Below, one piece after another: positions 50,101-63,012 of a DNA stretch of 64,000 nt. Position 1 is the first letter of the stretch. Each line of letters begins with the position of its first letter. Location of the stretch: NCBI GenBank assembly GCA_905178155.1, contig CAJINV010000005.1, positions 4,567,556 through 4,631,555 of the forward strand, in the 5' to 3' direction. The translations under genes were made by a program, and so were the position numbers. This DNA comes from Amoebophrya sp. A120. Its lineage: Eukaryota; Protista; Dinoflagellata. The notes below the pieces were generated by a model. The model saw only the letters and a list, made by a program, of their open reading frames with translations. It was not told where the DNA came from and did no database searches.

Positions 50101-53100
50101 AAATTCAATTTCGATTCAAAAATCAGCTTTTGCATTTTGAAAGAGGCCAGTATAGCCTCAAAAAGGTGATGCAAAAACGACGCCCATTCCAGCACTGCGA
50201 CGCGGCGGCACAGGTTGCCTCTTTTTGGGATGTGTTTTGGTGATCTAAAATAGGCTCCAATGTGAACTAGCTAGATAAGGAGTAGGGTACTTAGGAAGGC
50301 GGCTGGAGACCGCTACGATGGTGGCGCTTTGCCATCGCAGAACCACGGCTGGAAGCGGCATTTCGCGACCCCTTCTGGCTGACGTAATGCTGCCCTCAAA
50401 AAGGTGACGCAGAAACGACGCCCGTTCCAGCACTGCGACGCAGCGATACAGGTTGCCTCTTTTTGGAATGTGTTTCCTTCGGTGCTCTAAAATAGACTCC
50501 AATGTGAACCAGCTAGATAAGGAGTGAGGTAGGAAATTAGCGTAATGCTGCCGGGGCCCCGTCCGGGGCTCCGGCAGCATTACGCCAGCCAGAAGGGGTG
50601 GCCCAATGCCGCTTCCAGCCGTGGCCCTACGATGGGATGAAAGCGCCACCATCATAGCGGTCTAAAGCCACCTTCCTACCATACTCCTTATCTAGCTAGT
50701 TCACATTGGAGCCTATCTTGGTTCACATTCATTGGATCCACGACGGTATTCTCAATCTTCCACGGTACCATGCGGATTAGCAATCTGCGACCCCCCCCGA
50801 GAGGGGTCTCCAGAAGGGGCCCCCTGATTTGCTTTCGCCGATGCTATGCTGTAGAAAAGAGGGGGGGGTTTTTTTGGCGTCTTCCTGGAGAGGTTTCGGC
50901 CACCTCTTGAATCGTTAATCTGAGTTTCTCAATAGAGCTCCATGCGACTGCATGCTATGATGGACTTTCCATCACAAAAAAAGGCGACTTTACTTCAGAG
51001 CTCCGTCAACACGCCACCAAGATGTCAGGGCCCCGCCCGGGGCCCCGGCAGCATTGATGCCATTACGTCAGCCATAAGGCACCAAATGCGGGCAGTTTAA
51101 CGGCGGCAGCAGTGGGCAGGCCTGGCTCTCTTCCGCGGAGCCTTCAGGAGCCTCATTGAAGCATCGCCTGAACTAGTTCAGATTGGCGCCTGAGCTAGTT
51201 CTCCACTTCCGACATCACATCTTATCAGATTCCCCGGATCTTCATCTGCGACGGCGAAGCAACATTGAAAAAAGAATGCGAATCGAAATGAAAAGCAGGC
51301 TTACGTCAGCCACAAGGCACCAAATGCGGGCAGTACAACGGCGGTAGCAGTGAGCAGGATGGCAGTCTTCCGCGGAGCCTCTTAAGGAGTCTCATTAAAG
51401 CACTACCTTAGCTAGTTCACATTGGGGCCCTAACTGGTTCATCACTTTCAACATCAAATCTTACCAGGCGGCCCGGACCTTCAGCTGCGGCGACGAAACA
51501 ACATTGAAAAAAGAACGCAAATCTGAATGAAAAGCAGGCCATTTGAAAATTGCAAAGCTGATTTTTGAATCGTTTTTGAATTAATCAAGTAATTTGTCTC
51601 ATAATCGTCTTTTTCCTGTTCATAAATCGGTGACAGCAACCGGTGACAACTGGACGCTCTTTCGATGGAGGAAAGTTTTGACAACGGATCTAATGGGGAC
51701 GCGTTCGGCCGCAGGGACGAGTTTTGGTTAGGATTACCGTGATTTTTATCTGTGCCCACCTTGGCGCCGGGAGTGACCAACATGTTCTGGCCGAGGAGAT
51801 GCGATTGGTTCCTGTTTAGGAACAACTCCTGGGAGGATTTTGAGATGATGTTCGTACCGGCCGCCCCTGCCCCTTCATTCGACGGGGGAGCTGCAGGATC
51901 AACAACACTCGGTAGTAGTTGTTGACCACATGCTGATTGTACTCGCTCATCTTCAGTAGTTCTCCCGCCACGCGGCACCGGTCGTTGACCTCGACTCGTC
52001 CCTTCCGAGACATCATAGTGCCGCCGCCCTGGTTCTTGGATGTACTCCTGCAGCTGGTCTTCTTCTTGTTGTTCTTCAGCCTCGGCGCCTAAACGCTCCT
52101 CTTCCTGAAAATTGTTACCCTCTCGTCGACGCTGCAGCACAGCTGAATTGTCAACCTCTCGCTCCTCTGGACTATCTGCCCAATACTGCCTTTCCTGTTC
52201 TTCAGTCGCTAAGGCTCGCAACCGTTCTTCCTCTAGGTCTATGCATTGGAAAACAAGTATCGCACAGCACGACGCACTAGCGGCACCATGGCGGACATGG
52301 ACAAATTTTTGCAGAAGGAAAAATTTGCAAATTTCGCATGCAGTTTTGTGCAAGCAAGAAAATCTGTCATGCAAATGTCCATCCACTTCGCACGAGTACG
52401 GTACCTTCGTATATTATGCGTAAGATCGCGCATTTGCTCCTCCTCTTCTTCCCTGTCCCGCCTCTGCAACTCTTCCCGCTCGCCGGAATATCAAGTACAA
52501 ATATGTCTGGCTCTGGGTCTGCAAATTTGTGATGCTAAAATGTGCATGATGAAAACACTTCCTCATGCAGGACAGCATAGCAAGTCTGCACAACGCTTTA
52601 TCATACGAACTCCGCATGAGAAACTGCGTTTTTGTAGGACGTGAGAGGCTCCTGCCACTTTTGTTGGTCATGCAGCACAGATTTCACAGGAATGCAAGAC
52701 CAGCATGACAAGTTCCAACTGTCCAGACCCACACATGATATTTGCATTTGATACGGAACACACGCTTACCACTTCCTCTTGCAACATGTCATTCGCCATA
52801 ATATCATCTCCCAACAACTGCTCGACGTCCACGCGCTCGTCCGCCCTGTGTCTCCTCTCATCTTCTAGCTCCTGCAAAGCCAGCTGTTCTTGTGCCTCCT
52901 CTTCCCGTTGTTGCTGGTGCGCCACCTTCTCTAAAAGCAATTCTTCCCAAGATGAGTAAATTTGATTAAGTGAGTATTTTTTTTCTGAAACGAAAAATCA
53001 ACGGCCCCAATGGATGGCGCAGAAAGTTGGGCGTCGCAGTTCCTGTTGCGGCGACGGAGCGTCTCCCGATTTGCCAACGGCGTTACCCGACGCGCTGCAG

Positions 53101-56100
53101 AGTCAGCTCGACACCCGATGTGGTGACGCAGGTCCGTGTAGCAAAATCCATCACGAGACTTTGATCGCGCCTCAATAGCCTGGCCAAGAAGGCGGAACAG
53201 GACTGCTGCCTCGTCGTCCACCTGCATCCCTCGCCCGAGTTCTATTCCGAGCTAGTCCATATGAAAATACTCAGCCAATAGTTCCTTGATGCGAGTTGAG
53301 TACTACCATGCAGATTGGTAGCAAGACGTTTGGTAAGAGGAATACAGTCATTCTATGTAGCTAGTTCAAATGAATTTACGACGTCCTTCGATTTGCAGCC
53401 GACTCTCATCGTGCGAGCAGCGATATAATTTGCGAGGCCGTTTTGATTAGCGATTTGGCATGATTCCCTCTGCGAGGTCGAGTAGAGGCTCTAAGCACTT
53501 TAAGCTACACACGAAGACGACAATGCTAGCGAGCAAACCCCTCGGCAGAACCAACACTATGTCGATCATTAGCTACTTGAATAGAAACGACTTACCTGTT
53601 TGTGCCCTTCTCTTCCTGTTCCGAGAATCCGTCTGCCTTCCTGCCCTGGTTCCCGAATTCGTCAAGCGTTTTCGTTTTTTTTTTTCTCAATTAAATGAAT
53701 TTACTCATCTTGGGAATTGCACCACATAACCGTTGTTGCTGGTGCGCCACCTTCTCTAAAAGCAATTCTTCGCTGTGGAGCGCCCGATGAAATAAGGGCG
53801 TTGGATTTTTTCAGATTTTCACTTTTTCAAATTTTTAGAACAGGCGCCCTTCTCTTGCTATCAACATCGACCAGCAGAGGAGTACTTCTCCAGCCACCAA
53901 ACAAGCTAGTGGGCATAAGAGGAAGAAAAAACTGTAGCACCGGCGAGCGCTACACCCTGTCAGGCGTTGACTTTGGAACGCAGCCAACCGGCCAAACAGA
54001 CGCAACACAAATTTCGAAACAAAGCGCAACATTTACCACCTGACCCCCAGGCCCACCCTTCAACCTCGACTGAGCAGCTTCATCCACATTTGGCAGAATG
54101 CTCTGGCTCTAGGCAAAATGGAATGCCTGTGGAGAAGAGCTGGAACAATCTGGCCGGAAATGGAATAATTTTCATGCATCAGCTACCAATCGGGAGGAGC
54201 AAAGTTCCAGATTTTTCCAAGTTCTTCCAAAACCAATTCCACAACCTCCTCCAAAAGCGCCAAACTGACAGGCGCGGGGGTGTGGCGGGGGGTGTGGTGG
54301 GGGGTGTGGCGGGGGGTGTGGTCAGGTGTGTACCATTTTTCCACCTGTGTTTATGTCGTCGCTTTTGCGCACAGAGAGGCGCTAGTCGGAGATTTTTCTA
54401 TATGGGGCCCCGTATTAGGTCGGTTGATCTACTCCAATATCCTGAAGATGACACGGACCCACTGAGAAGTCTTGCACTAATCGCCAAGTGCTCCCACCGG
54501 CGAGTTCCCTCCGCCGGACATTTCGTTTTTCAAAAGTTCTTTTTTTGAAAAATAGCAAAAAAATCCAAGCAAGTTCCATCACCGGTATAAGTTCCATCCT
54601 CTTCCCGTTGTTGCTGGTTCGCCTTATGAATTGCAAAAGTATCGTACTCGTACTAATTGCAGCAACTATGCATGACATTGTCCTTAAAGTAAAACAGCAT
54701 GACAAAATCCAGCTCTCATGCTGAGGAAATTTGTATTGCAATTACTACGAGTGCGATACTCTTGCACAGGATACGCCTTCTCTAAAAGCAATTCCTTCGC
54801 GTGTTCGTCCAAAGAAGATTCTTCTTTTTCATTTCCCCCCTCGTCGCTTTCAACTTCATCATTATTCACCTCGTCGTCCTGCTGCTGCGGTGGATTTATT
54901 TCCACGACCTGCTCATGTTGTGCTGGTTCTTTCTCGTCCTGCCCGTTTTCGAGATGATGTCGTGGATCCTCGTTGACATGGAGATCAGCATCATCATCAT
55001 CATCCGGTGGTTGCTGCGGTCCTCGTCCTTGCTTGTACTGCTGCTCAGAGGAACCACGCCCATGAAAACTACACTCACCCCGAGCAGCAGCTGCTGCGCT
55101 GTTGACGCGTCCTAACTGCGGCTCGTGTCGTGGACCAGCATGATCTGGGCGCAGCTCCGCCTCTTTCTCCTCTTCATCTCCGCGAGTACTTCTACCCCCG
55201 GAAAGACAACTACCGGGTAGTAGTTCCTGTTTCACACGCTGCTGGGGCAACAGCACGACCCCTTGATCCTCGTCGACGTCGCCTTGTTGCGCTGGCACGG
55301 CGATCTCGTCCATACCACCACTCGCGGCTCCCACGCCTCCAGCAGAAGCTGCAGGCACTGCGGAAGAAAGGGAACAAAGAGCTCCTTCCGCTGGTCGTGA
55401 AGATGTGTCTAGAAATAAATCATCGTTGATCCTTGTAATGCGAAAGACCTTCTCCAGAATAAGCTTATCTGGCGGCAACCCGGAGGGCTGTGCTGGCTGT
55501 GCTCTCTCAGCGGCCTCCATCTCTCCCGCCCTTCGCGCCGCGTCGGTCTTCTGGAAATCGATTTTGAAGGACAGTTTTTCTCCGTCGGTCAGAATTTGCT
55601 TCTCCCCACGCATCAGCCTCTTTCGGGTCAGAGCAGTGGTGGGAGTTGTTTTATTCATACTGGTCCGCTGCTCACCTCCTGCCGTACGATTTTTCCCGGC
55701 TTGTTCACTCACTAAGACATACGCGGGGTTGCGGCCAAGGTTGTGCAATTCCAGGTGGTAGTCATTTTTGTCCTGTCGTTCACCTCGCACGAGCTTCAGG
55801 ACGGATTGGACGCCACTCAAATATGCGCAGTTGGAAACACTGTAGTCGCAAGTTGCGTCGCGACCGAAGGTTAGTTCGGGCAGCTTCTCGTCTACAGGAG
55901 CAGACGCCTGGTTGTGGTCATTCTTATTTTCTTTTTTGTCGTCGACCGACGTCACAAACAGCTCCTTTTTCCAATTCAGAATCGCCTCCGGGCTCGCTTG
56001 CTTGATCTTAGCGATGTTGCACGGTTTCTCAGGCTCCAAAGTGATCACGAACCCGACTTTTCTAGTGCCTGGTTTGTGTCTATTAGTGAGGAGGACCTCG

Positions 56101-56417
56101 TGGTCCGCAGGAGGGTTTTGAAGATGTGAGGAAGAAAAAGAACTCTTCTGGTGCTGTGCAGCGCCTCCGGTTCTTGTTGATGACACACCTGCGGGGGGAT
56201 GCTGCTGGTGTTGCTGCTTCTGGTAAACCCTGTTCGCATGATTCATGTTGTTTACGACCCTTTTCTTGTTTGCTCCCGAAGTAGATGATCCGCCCGCACA
56301 ACTACTACTGCTTCCGCCGGCGCCCTGTCTTGAAGACTTTGGTCCGTTCCCTCCTGCTCTCGGTACAGCGGAGGACCGCATGTGGTCATGATCCAACGAA
56401 CCGCCAAAACCAAACAT
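38116..56417 (-). CDS. Very large low-complexity protein with N-terminal FHA domain (continuity across 50100-54590 uncertain)
   Basis: FHA-like ELTFGRDATCD..LSGVQ..LGRNPAYV..LTDGEKLSF in 54684-56417; in-frame joins checked from 50100 down to the stop at 38116, including across the 5.7-kb intron. Confidence 0.6.
39270..41780. repeat. 122-bp GC-rich tandem satellite, ~20 copies, homogeneous core and diverged edges
   Basis: Identical 65-aa spurious ORFs recur every 122 bp. Confidence 0.97.
43012..43230. other. Assembly gap (N run) flanked by a ~320-bp near-identical overlap
   Basis: 42694-43011 is repeated at 43231-43548. Confidence 0.95.
44017..44280. mobile_element. Introner family A
   Basis: A-type TIR; TSD TCCGA. 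Confidence 0.9.
45607..45760. mobile_element. Introner family B
   Basis: B-type TIR; TSD TAGCA; in-frame join ELL|IPRL. Confidence 0.9.
48343..48604. mobile_element. Introner family A (262 bp)
   Basis: A-type TIR; TSD AAAAT; in-frame join LDF|IGT. Confidence 0.92.
48684..48856. mobile_element. Introner family B
   Basis: B-type TIR; TSD TGCTG. Confidence 0.88.
50101..51585. mobile_element. Foldback-like TIR element built from ~240-bp units
   Basis: Terminal IR CGATTCAAAAATCAGCTTT / AAAGCTGATTTTTGAATCG; direct repeats ~50155/50395 and ~51062/51301; ~140-bp inverted pair 50250-50395 vs 50573-50716. Confidence 0.65.
52240..52422. mobile_element. Introner family B (degenerate)
   Basis: Remnant TIRs; TSD AGGTC/AGATC. 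Confidence 0.7.
52489..52753. mobile_element. Introner family A (degenerate)
   Basis: A-like TIR; TSD CGGAA. Confidence 0.85.
52946..53714. mobile_element. MITE-like element with CCC...GGG termini
   Basis: 17-bp TIR CCCAAGATGAGTAAATT / AATTTACTCATCTTGGG. Confidence 0.7.
54625..54773. mobile_element. Introner family B
   Basis: B-type TIR; TSD CGCCT. Confidence 0.9.
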
Positions 56418-57108
56418 CTTTTCACACTGCTTTTAGTCGTTTCTTGCTGTAGTTGCCCCGGATTTCTTCTCAAAAATAAATGCGAGAGGACACCCGATCA
56501 AAGAGGACACTAAGGACTTTTTGTTTTTGCCCTAGATCAAGCAGCTGGAAGAACTCCTAAAAAACGCTGAGAAGATGAAGCTACGAAACATTTACTTGTT
56601 TTAAAAGTCATGCAACGAAGTCACGGAGCTAGTATTCCAATGAATGAGATGATGAATTTCTCAAGCTCGCCCTGTTGTCAAAAAATTTCTGCCGTGCTGG
56701 AAAGCTACTTCTTCGCGCACAGAGCAAAGCATGCGACCTTTTTGCCTTGTCGTTTTCTCTCGGAAAGATTTTTTTTTTTTGTGAATTAAGGTGCAGATGT
56801 AATAGTAGGTCGCGCAGGCACATCCCTACTACAGAGATGTAGATCTCTTTTTTTGGAACCGGAATCGAACAGAAAAAACACCAAAAGAGACGTCTCAAGA
56901 AGCGCCATGAGGTCCAACAAGACTGGAGAACTCCTGGGATAGCAGTGCGTGAAAAACGCACGAGCTACGGTGCTGCAGCAAAATTTTCATGTTGCTTGGA
57001 TATGGTGCCATGGTCGCTTGTACTAGGTGTTGATAGAAATTCAAGAATTTGGCGCTTTAGAGGTCAACAAGTAGAGCACGAGTGTTTTGATGTTCAAGAT
57101 CTTTACTT

Positions 57109-58985
57109 TCACAAACTATCCTCCTCCTCATCCGTCGTATCTGGGCTCGGCTGCGTCGGAAAGATCAGGCTTATCCTCCGTCCCGTGCTCCTTGGCTGCC
57201 CGACAGGATCGCCGGGGAGGTGCTGATCTTCCGGCGACATCGAATAATTTGTATCCTGTTTACTCACGGTCTCCGCATCATGATCGGTCTTACCTTGGCT
57301 AATTTTCGTCCCCACGACGACAGCTGTTCTCTCGCGCCCGCCGCTCCACAGGCTATCGTACTCATACACTTCCAAGATTTCTCGCATCACTTTCGTTAGA
57401 AGCAGCTCTTCCTCGCTGCCAGGCTGAATCTATCCAGTGCAAAAGTATCGCACTCGTACAAATGCAAGTCTTGCATTACAAATCAGAATCTTGTCTCCAA
57501 GCTACAAATTCTATTTGTCATGGTGCTGGGGAAAATTGCAATGCATTTGTACGAGTACGATTACTTTTGCAATGCATAGAACCGCTAGAAAAACCTTTTT
57601 CTCCTTCAGATCCCGCCTGGCGAGCTCCAAGCACGCCTTCGCAACCACTTCCGCGGAGTAGAGACACCGAAGATCGGTCCGGAGGGAGTCGTTCGCGTAG
57701 GCGATGGCTTTCGTGAGGAGGGCCTGGTTACGTGTGGAGGAAGCAGAAGATCCCGAAGATAATCCTACATTTCTTCGTGGGCTTCGATTGCGAAGATTTG
57801 TTCTTTCATCATTGGCGGCCCCTGCCCTGGGTGATGCTGCGGAAGCAGCTGCACCCACAGTTGTTGTGTTAAACAACTCGTAAAGGACGGATTGCGTGTG
57901 TGCGTGAGACAGACTTAGGACAGCTGAGGAATTCTTTCCTTCATCTTCTTGCATCGTCATTCCATCGGGAAGTCGTGCTGAACCTACTTCTCCTGCCGGC
58001 TTGTTTTCATCATCTTCTCCTTCCCCCACAAGTTGTACTACAGGTTCTCGATTGTAGGAGCAGAATTGGACCAAATCGAACCCTAAAACCCGCAAGACCC
58101 GTTTCTCCATCTGCACGAGTTTTTTCGCTTGCAACTGCAAATCGAATTTCTCCGCTTCGTCGGGTGATCCGGCGTTCAACTGGGAAGAAAGTAAAGCGGT
58201 AGAAAACTTTATCCTATGTAAAAACGTCCCCACCCCATTGTCAAGAAGGAGAATCGGCTAGACAAGTCCGCAAGTTTTGGCTGTTTCGCATGACAAATTT
58301 GGACTCGTAGTGTAGTGCTGATGTTTGAGGTAGTTCAGCAGCATCGCAGATCTAGGTTATCATGCTGATTTCAGCATTACAAATTCCAAAACACGACTAG
58401 AAAATGCTTCTCATGGAGGGCTCCGCATGACAAACACTTTGACTTTCAGCATGCAGGTTTGCATTACAACTACGGGGTGGGGACGTTTTTGAATACGATA
58501 AACTTCCCCATCAGGAGCTTCAACGAAATCCGGCACTCCTCCGTTTTACACGCGAGAGACAAGGCTGCGATTGCCGTGTACCGGACGTCATGGTCTTGGA
58601 ACTCGCAGTAGTATATCCTTCGCAAGAGCATCGCACACGTATTGCAGTCACGCATTACAAATTGTTTTCTTAAGGTAAACCCGCATTACAAATTTTCTTT
58701 CTCATGCTGAGGAAATTTGTAATGCATTTATACGAGAACGAGTGCGATACTTTTGCAATGCATATAGCAGTAGAAGACCTGAAAAATGTGGCACGCCGTC
58801 ACCATCACGCGTTGGGGGAAGGATGCTGGGGTTTGCTGGCAGCATTTCTGAATCAGGAAAGCGCCGTAGGAACGGTGCGCCTTGGCGGTCGTCGTCTGGA
58901 GAGCAGCTTTTGGGAGGTCTTTGCTGTTGTCGTGGGGTGGACCACTCGGGTCTTTTAGCACAACTTGGGGTGTAGTGGTGGTCAT
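57109..58985 (-). CDS. Cyclin L-like (transcriptional cyclin), four exons
   Basis: Cyclin box: VMVTACHIFQVFY, AIAALSLACKTEE, MEKRVLRVLGFDL, AIAYANDSLRTDL..AEVVAKACLELARR. Confidence 0.82.
57431..57578. mobile_element. Introner family B
   Basis: B-type TIR; TSD GAATC/GAACC. Confidence 0.88.
58210..58500. mobile_element. Introner family H
   Basis: TATCCTATGTAAAAACGTCCCCACCCC...GGGGTGGGGACGTTTTTGAATACGATA; TSD AACTT. Confidence 0.88.
58614..58764. mobile_element. Introner family B
   Basis: B-type TIR; TSD TAGTA/TAGCA. Confidence 0.88.
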
Positions 58986-60451
58986 GGCGGGCGAGATAAA
59001 ATCTCGTTAGTCGGAAAAGCTCTCCACTGAACAGAAGTTGCGCCGACCAGAGCAAGTTGCGCGCTATCGAAAGTTGATGTTTTTGGGTGAGCCGCGCCGC
59101 GCAACCACACGGAATTCAATGGTATCCACAATTGCGCCGCTGTTGTCAATGGGCCATGGTGATTGCTTCTCTACTTGAACTTCGACAGGGGGTACATTGA
59201 CATGATATTCGTATCGAGCACAAAATTGCTGTTGCTCAAACGGTCCTTGAGATCGATGTCTATACGTGCTAAAAAAGGCGAAACGTGTCTTGCTCAATTG
59301 AAACTGTCTCTTCGTGGTTCTCTTTACCTTTCGCTGTTAGAATCTGACGCAAAGAAGAATGATCATGATTACACACAGGTCTCTCAAAAAGCAAAAACCA
59401 GCTGCTGCACGTGGGTAAAAAAGTTGGCCTCCCTGCATTCTTGTTCGCTCGGTGATTTTCTCAGAAGCAAGATCCACCAAAACAACGGATGGTCATCAAC
59501 AAGGAACTTGCATTGGCGCGCTTTTAATTTGCGAACTGAAACTGCTGAGGACTCGTCCACCTGAAAGAAAATGGAAGAGGGCTCTGAACAAAGGGCTAGA
59601 AAGTATTAACTCACGGACATTTAAGATTTGATCGTCATTCCAGAACCTAGAACATCTTGAGCGCCGTGTCCGTCTTTATCTTTAATTCACAAACCGATGA
59701 TTGCCACTAAACCCGCGTGACGAGATGCGGGAGCTGCAGGTTGCAACACTTGCGCTGGTGATTCGCAACCATGCGACTACATCGTGAACACCACAATATC
59801 GTTCTCGAACCGAAATCAGCGAAACCAGACTCCTGGTCCACGAGGCAACCACAGCCAGAGCCATCACACGCGACGATGAGAATCGTTGCGCGCGAGTGGT
59901 TCTCTTTCTTTTTTTTTTTAGAAGGTAACAGCCGGCATAAAAGGAAAAAGCAAAGTCTTCAATCTTGGGTGTCAATGTGTGCTTTGAATACGTGCATCAC
60001 AAGTCACAATTTTCTCTCCTATCATCAGCAATTCTTCGGCTAAGAAAGTCTAAAACCGAATGGTCTTATTCGTGCGGCAGAGAATGTCATAAAAGCGTTC
60101 AGAATCTCGGCTTGACAGCAAGTGTCATTTCATCGTTCCAGATCTAAATTCGAAAACTTCAACTTGTGACTTAGATGCTAGTGATTCAAAAAAACGCGTG
60201 AGGGTGATATCAAAAACCATACTTCTTCCTCTCTCTCTCTTGTTTCGAATTCCGAATTCAGTCAAAACCAAGCACATGTTGCTGCAAGATGATGCTTGCA
60301 ACAGCACACGTCGGCTTACGACTATACTTGTTCAGATGAATATTCTCACATCGTAAGTAGTTTTCTCTCCGAAAAATTTTAGAAAAGTTGTCACGAGATC
60401 ACAAAGTGAAGCTCGTGTTTTTCTAAATCATCTCAGTACCACCTACCCAAA

Positions 60452-61417
60452 TTACTCGTCGGACCGGGACTTGCGCTCTAACAGGGCCTTGCGATCCTTG
60501 TCGAGCTTGTATGAGATTGCACAACTCCCCCTCCCCCTCATTTGTATGGTACGAGCAGCAATACAGACACCAGCTCAAATGGAGCCTGCGCACGACAAAT
60601 ATACACACGAATTGTAGTGCTGTTCGTGGTTCCAAAATTTGTCATGCTCGCTGTTCTTGCAGACAAGATGTGGATTTGGGCTTTCGCATCACAAATGAGG
60701 GGGAGGGAGAATTGTGCACTCTCATAGCTTGATCTTGGTGATCATCACCTTGGATGGCTGCACCGGGACGTTGGTGGACTGTCCGTTAACCTTGTCACGG
60801 GGACTATGCATGGTAAAAATCTTTTGCTTGTGACATCGGCTTGTTGTTGTGCTGTCGAGGACAATTCGATACTAGTCTGTATCGCATACCCATATACTCT
60901 CGGCATACAAAGCAACGGCCTTCTTCTCGTGCCAAGACTTTATTTCATCCCTCTTTGGACCTAAAACTCACGCTTTGAAATGTGGTTCTGTTAAAAAAAT
61001 CTTCAAAAAAAGCCATTCTTGGCATGAGAGATGACCACCACACCGACGCTGAAGGTGAAACGTATGCAAAAATCCACCTTGACTCTCGAATTATGACAAA
61101 AAGTTATCCTCGACATCAACAGCATGACAAAGAAGAACAAAAGCAGAAGATTTTCCTTTTTCGTAAGACACCCGCTCGACGTGGATCATCCACTTCTTGC
61201 GGAAGACGCCGGTCACCTTGCCCTCACGCTTCTCGGCGCGGCCACGCTTGATGATCACCTCGTCATCCTTGCGGATAGGGAGGGAGCGGACCTTGTACTT
61301 CTGCTGCAGCTCCTTGGACAGCGGAGCGGACATCATCACACGGCGCTTGTGGGACGGGGCGTTGAAGTGGGCCTTGCGGCACTTGCGGCGGGAAGAAGTC
61401 ACGTTGGAGAATTTCAT
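60452..61417 (-). CDS. RPL26: 60S ribosomal protein L26 (uL24), three exons
   Basis: [23 protein letters not shown]...[13 protein letters not shown]...IHVERVS|[23 protein letters not shown]|[18 protein letters not shown]. Confidence 0.96.
60510..60726. mobile_element. Introner family D in RPL26
   Basis: TATGAGATTGCACAA...TTGTGCACTCTCATA; TSD GCTTG. Confidence 0.93.
60805..61165. mobile_element. Degenerate introner in RPL26
   Basis: AAAATCTTTTGCTT / AAGCAGAAGATTTT IR; TSD decayed; element+5 removal restores ERVS|RDK. Confidence 0.8.
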
Positions 61418-63012
61418 CTTTTGATTTCTGGTTTTTTTCGAGAAAGCCGGCTAAAGCTTTTCAAATGAAAGAACTTCTATGTTACCCAGAAAGGTCCCTG
61501 TTTTCGTTGTGGAGTTGTGTCAGAAGAATTTTGTCGTGTGGGATTGGAACAGAACTGTAAGGTGGCAAGAAAATCTGATGCGTCGATCTTTAAATTTAAA
61601 GATCTGATGATGATGTGTCGAGATCATAAAACAGGACGAGGATCCATGTTTCTCGAAATAACTCTGATCCAATTAGCGATTTTCGCAAGTTTTTAGAAGC
61701 TTACTCAGGATCACATGTATTGTTCCGCTTCTTGTAGATCTGCTTGTTTTTGTCAAGGCGAATTCCGATTTTTTTTTTCCGTATGCGTATCTGCTTTCCT
61801 TTGTGCGAAATCAGTTGGATAAGAGGATCAATTGCTCCATGGTTGCCAATAATCCGGACTCGTGAATTTAAAGAGCTTTTTTCCTACCCGGTGGACGAGG
61901 TACTATTCGGACCACGAAAATTTTCACAATGTTTTTCAGAGCCGAGTGTAGCCTTCGCAAAGTCCACCTCAACTTACAACAGATCATTCGTTTTCGTAGT
62001 CTGTCATCGATATGGAGACAACAGAACTTTTTGATCCGCATTTTCTAGCGAGGTTCGAACCACTGGGATCAGGAAGATTCTCGATTTTGAGAGGCACTGA
62101 AGGATCCGTAAAACGACCTGCGAAAAGCATTTCAATTTAGATGGAAGAGCAGCGAATCGCGCATTTGCCTTTATTGGCACTCTAATTTCCAGAAAGAACT
62201 ACTACTCGACCATCTGCACAGCCAGAACACTTGGCATCGCTTCTTCGCCCCATCGCCGCTTCAACAACAAATCCGCTACTCAGTCGTGATATTTTGAAGA
62301 ATCATGATATAGGCTTTTATTCCCACCTGCTGTAGTGACTCTAGACGCCTAAAAAATTTTACATCTGGTCCTCGTGGGCCGTCATGTATAATAAGGAGGC
62401 AATCTTTTGCCTACCAGGCACTAAGTTGCACTGATTGTTGCAATACCTTGTTCCAAAACTTGTCTTATCTTGGTCGCCGTGATGGGCCGCTCTCACGTGT
62501 CACGTCGTTTAAGTAGTACAGGATTTACCTAGAGCTTTACGAGCCTCAGGACACACATTGACATTGCTTCCAAGAAAGATTGTTTCTGCACTTTTTGACA
62601 CTACTTCATCAATTTGTTTTGATTGTACACGTAGGAAGCATAATCTTCGAGTTAAAGAATGAAAACAGTACCATCGCATCATATGGGTTCTCGTCAAGTG
62701 CTGTAAAAAGAAGAAGCAACTGCATCTACGACTAGTCACCAGCACCATGAAGACATCGCTTTCACTACTCAAGAGAGTGCAACTTTAAGCTTACCAGCAC
62801 GACCAAGTTGTAGTCGACGTGCTGCCTCCGCTCCAACCAGCTCCAGCTGACGCAATTTTACACTATCTAACCGTCGCACACCTCCTTCACCTCGCTCTCC
62901 GCATTGGCAAAAATCAAAAGACCCTTCCTTGGCCCCCGACCGTCCGGTGCGGCGTGGTAATGCTGTCTTACTCCCACGGCCTGTGGCGGAAAAATACACA
63001 AAGTTTCCGGTG

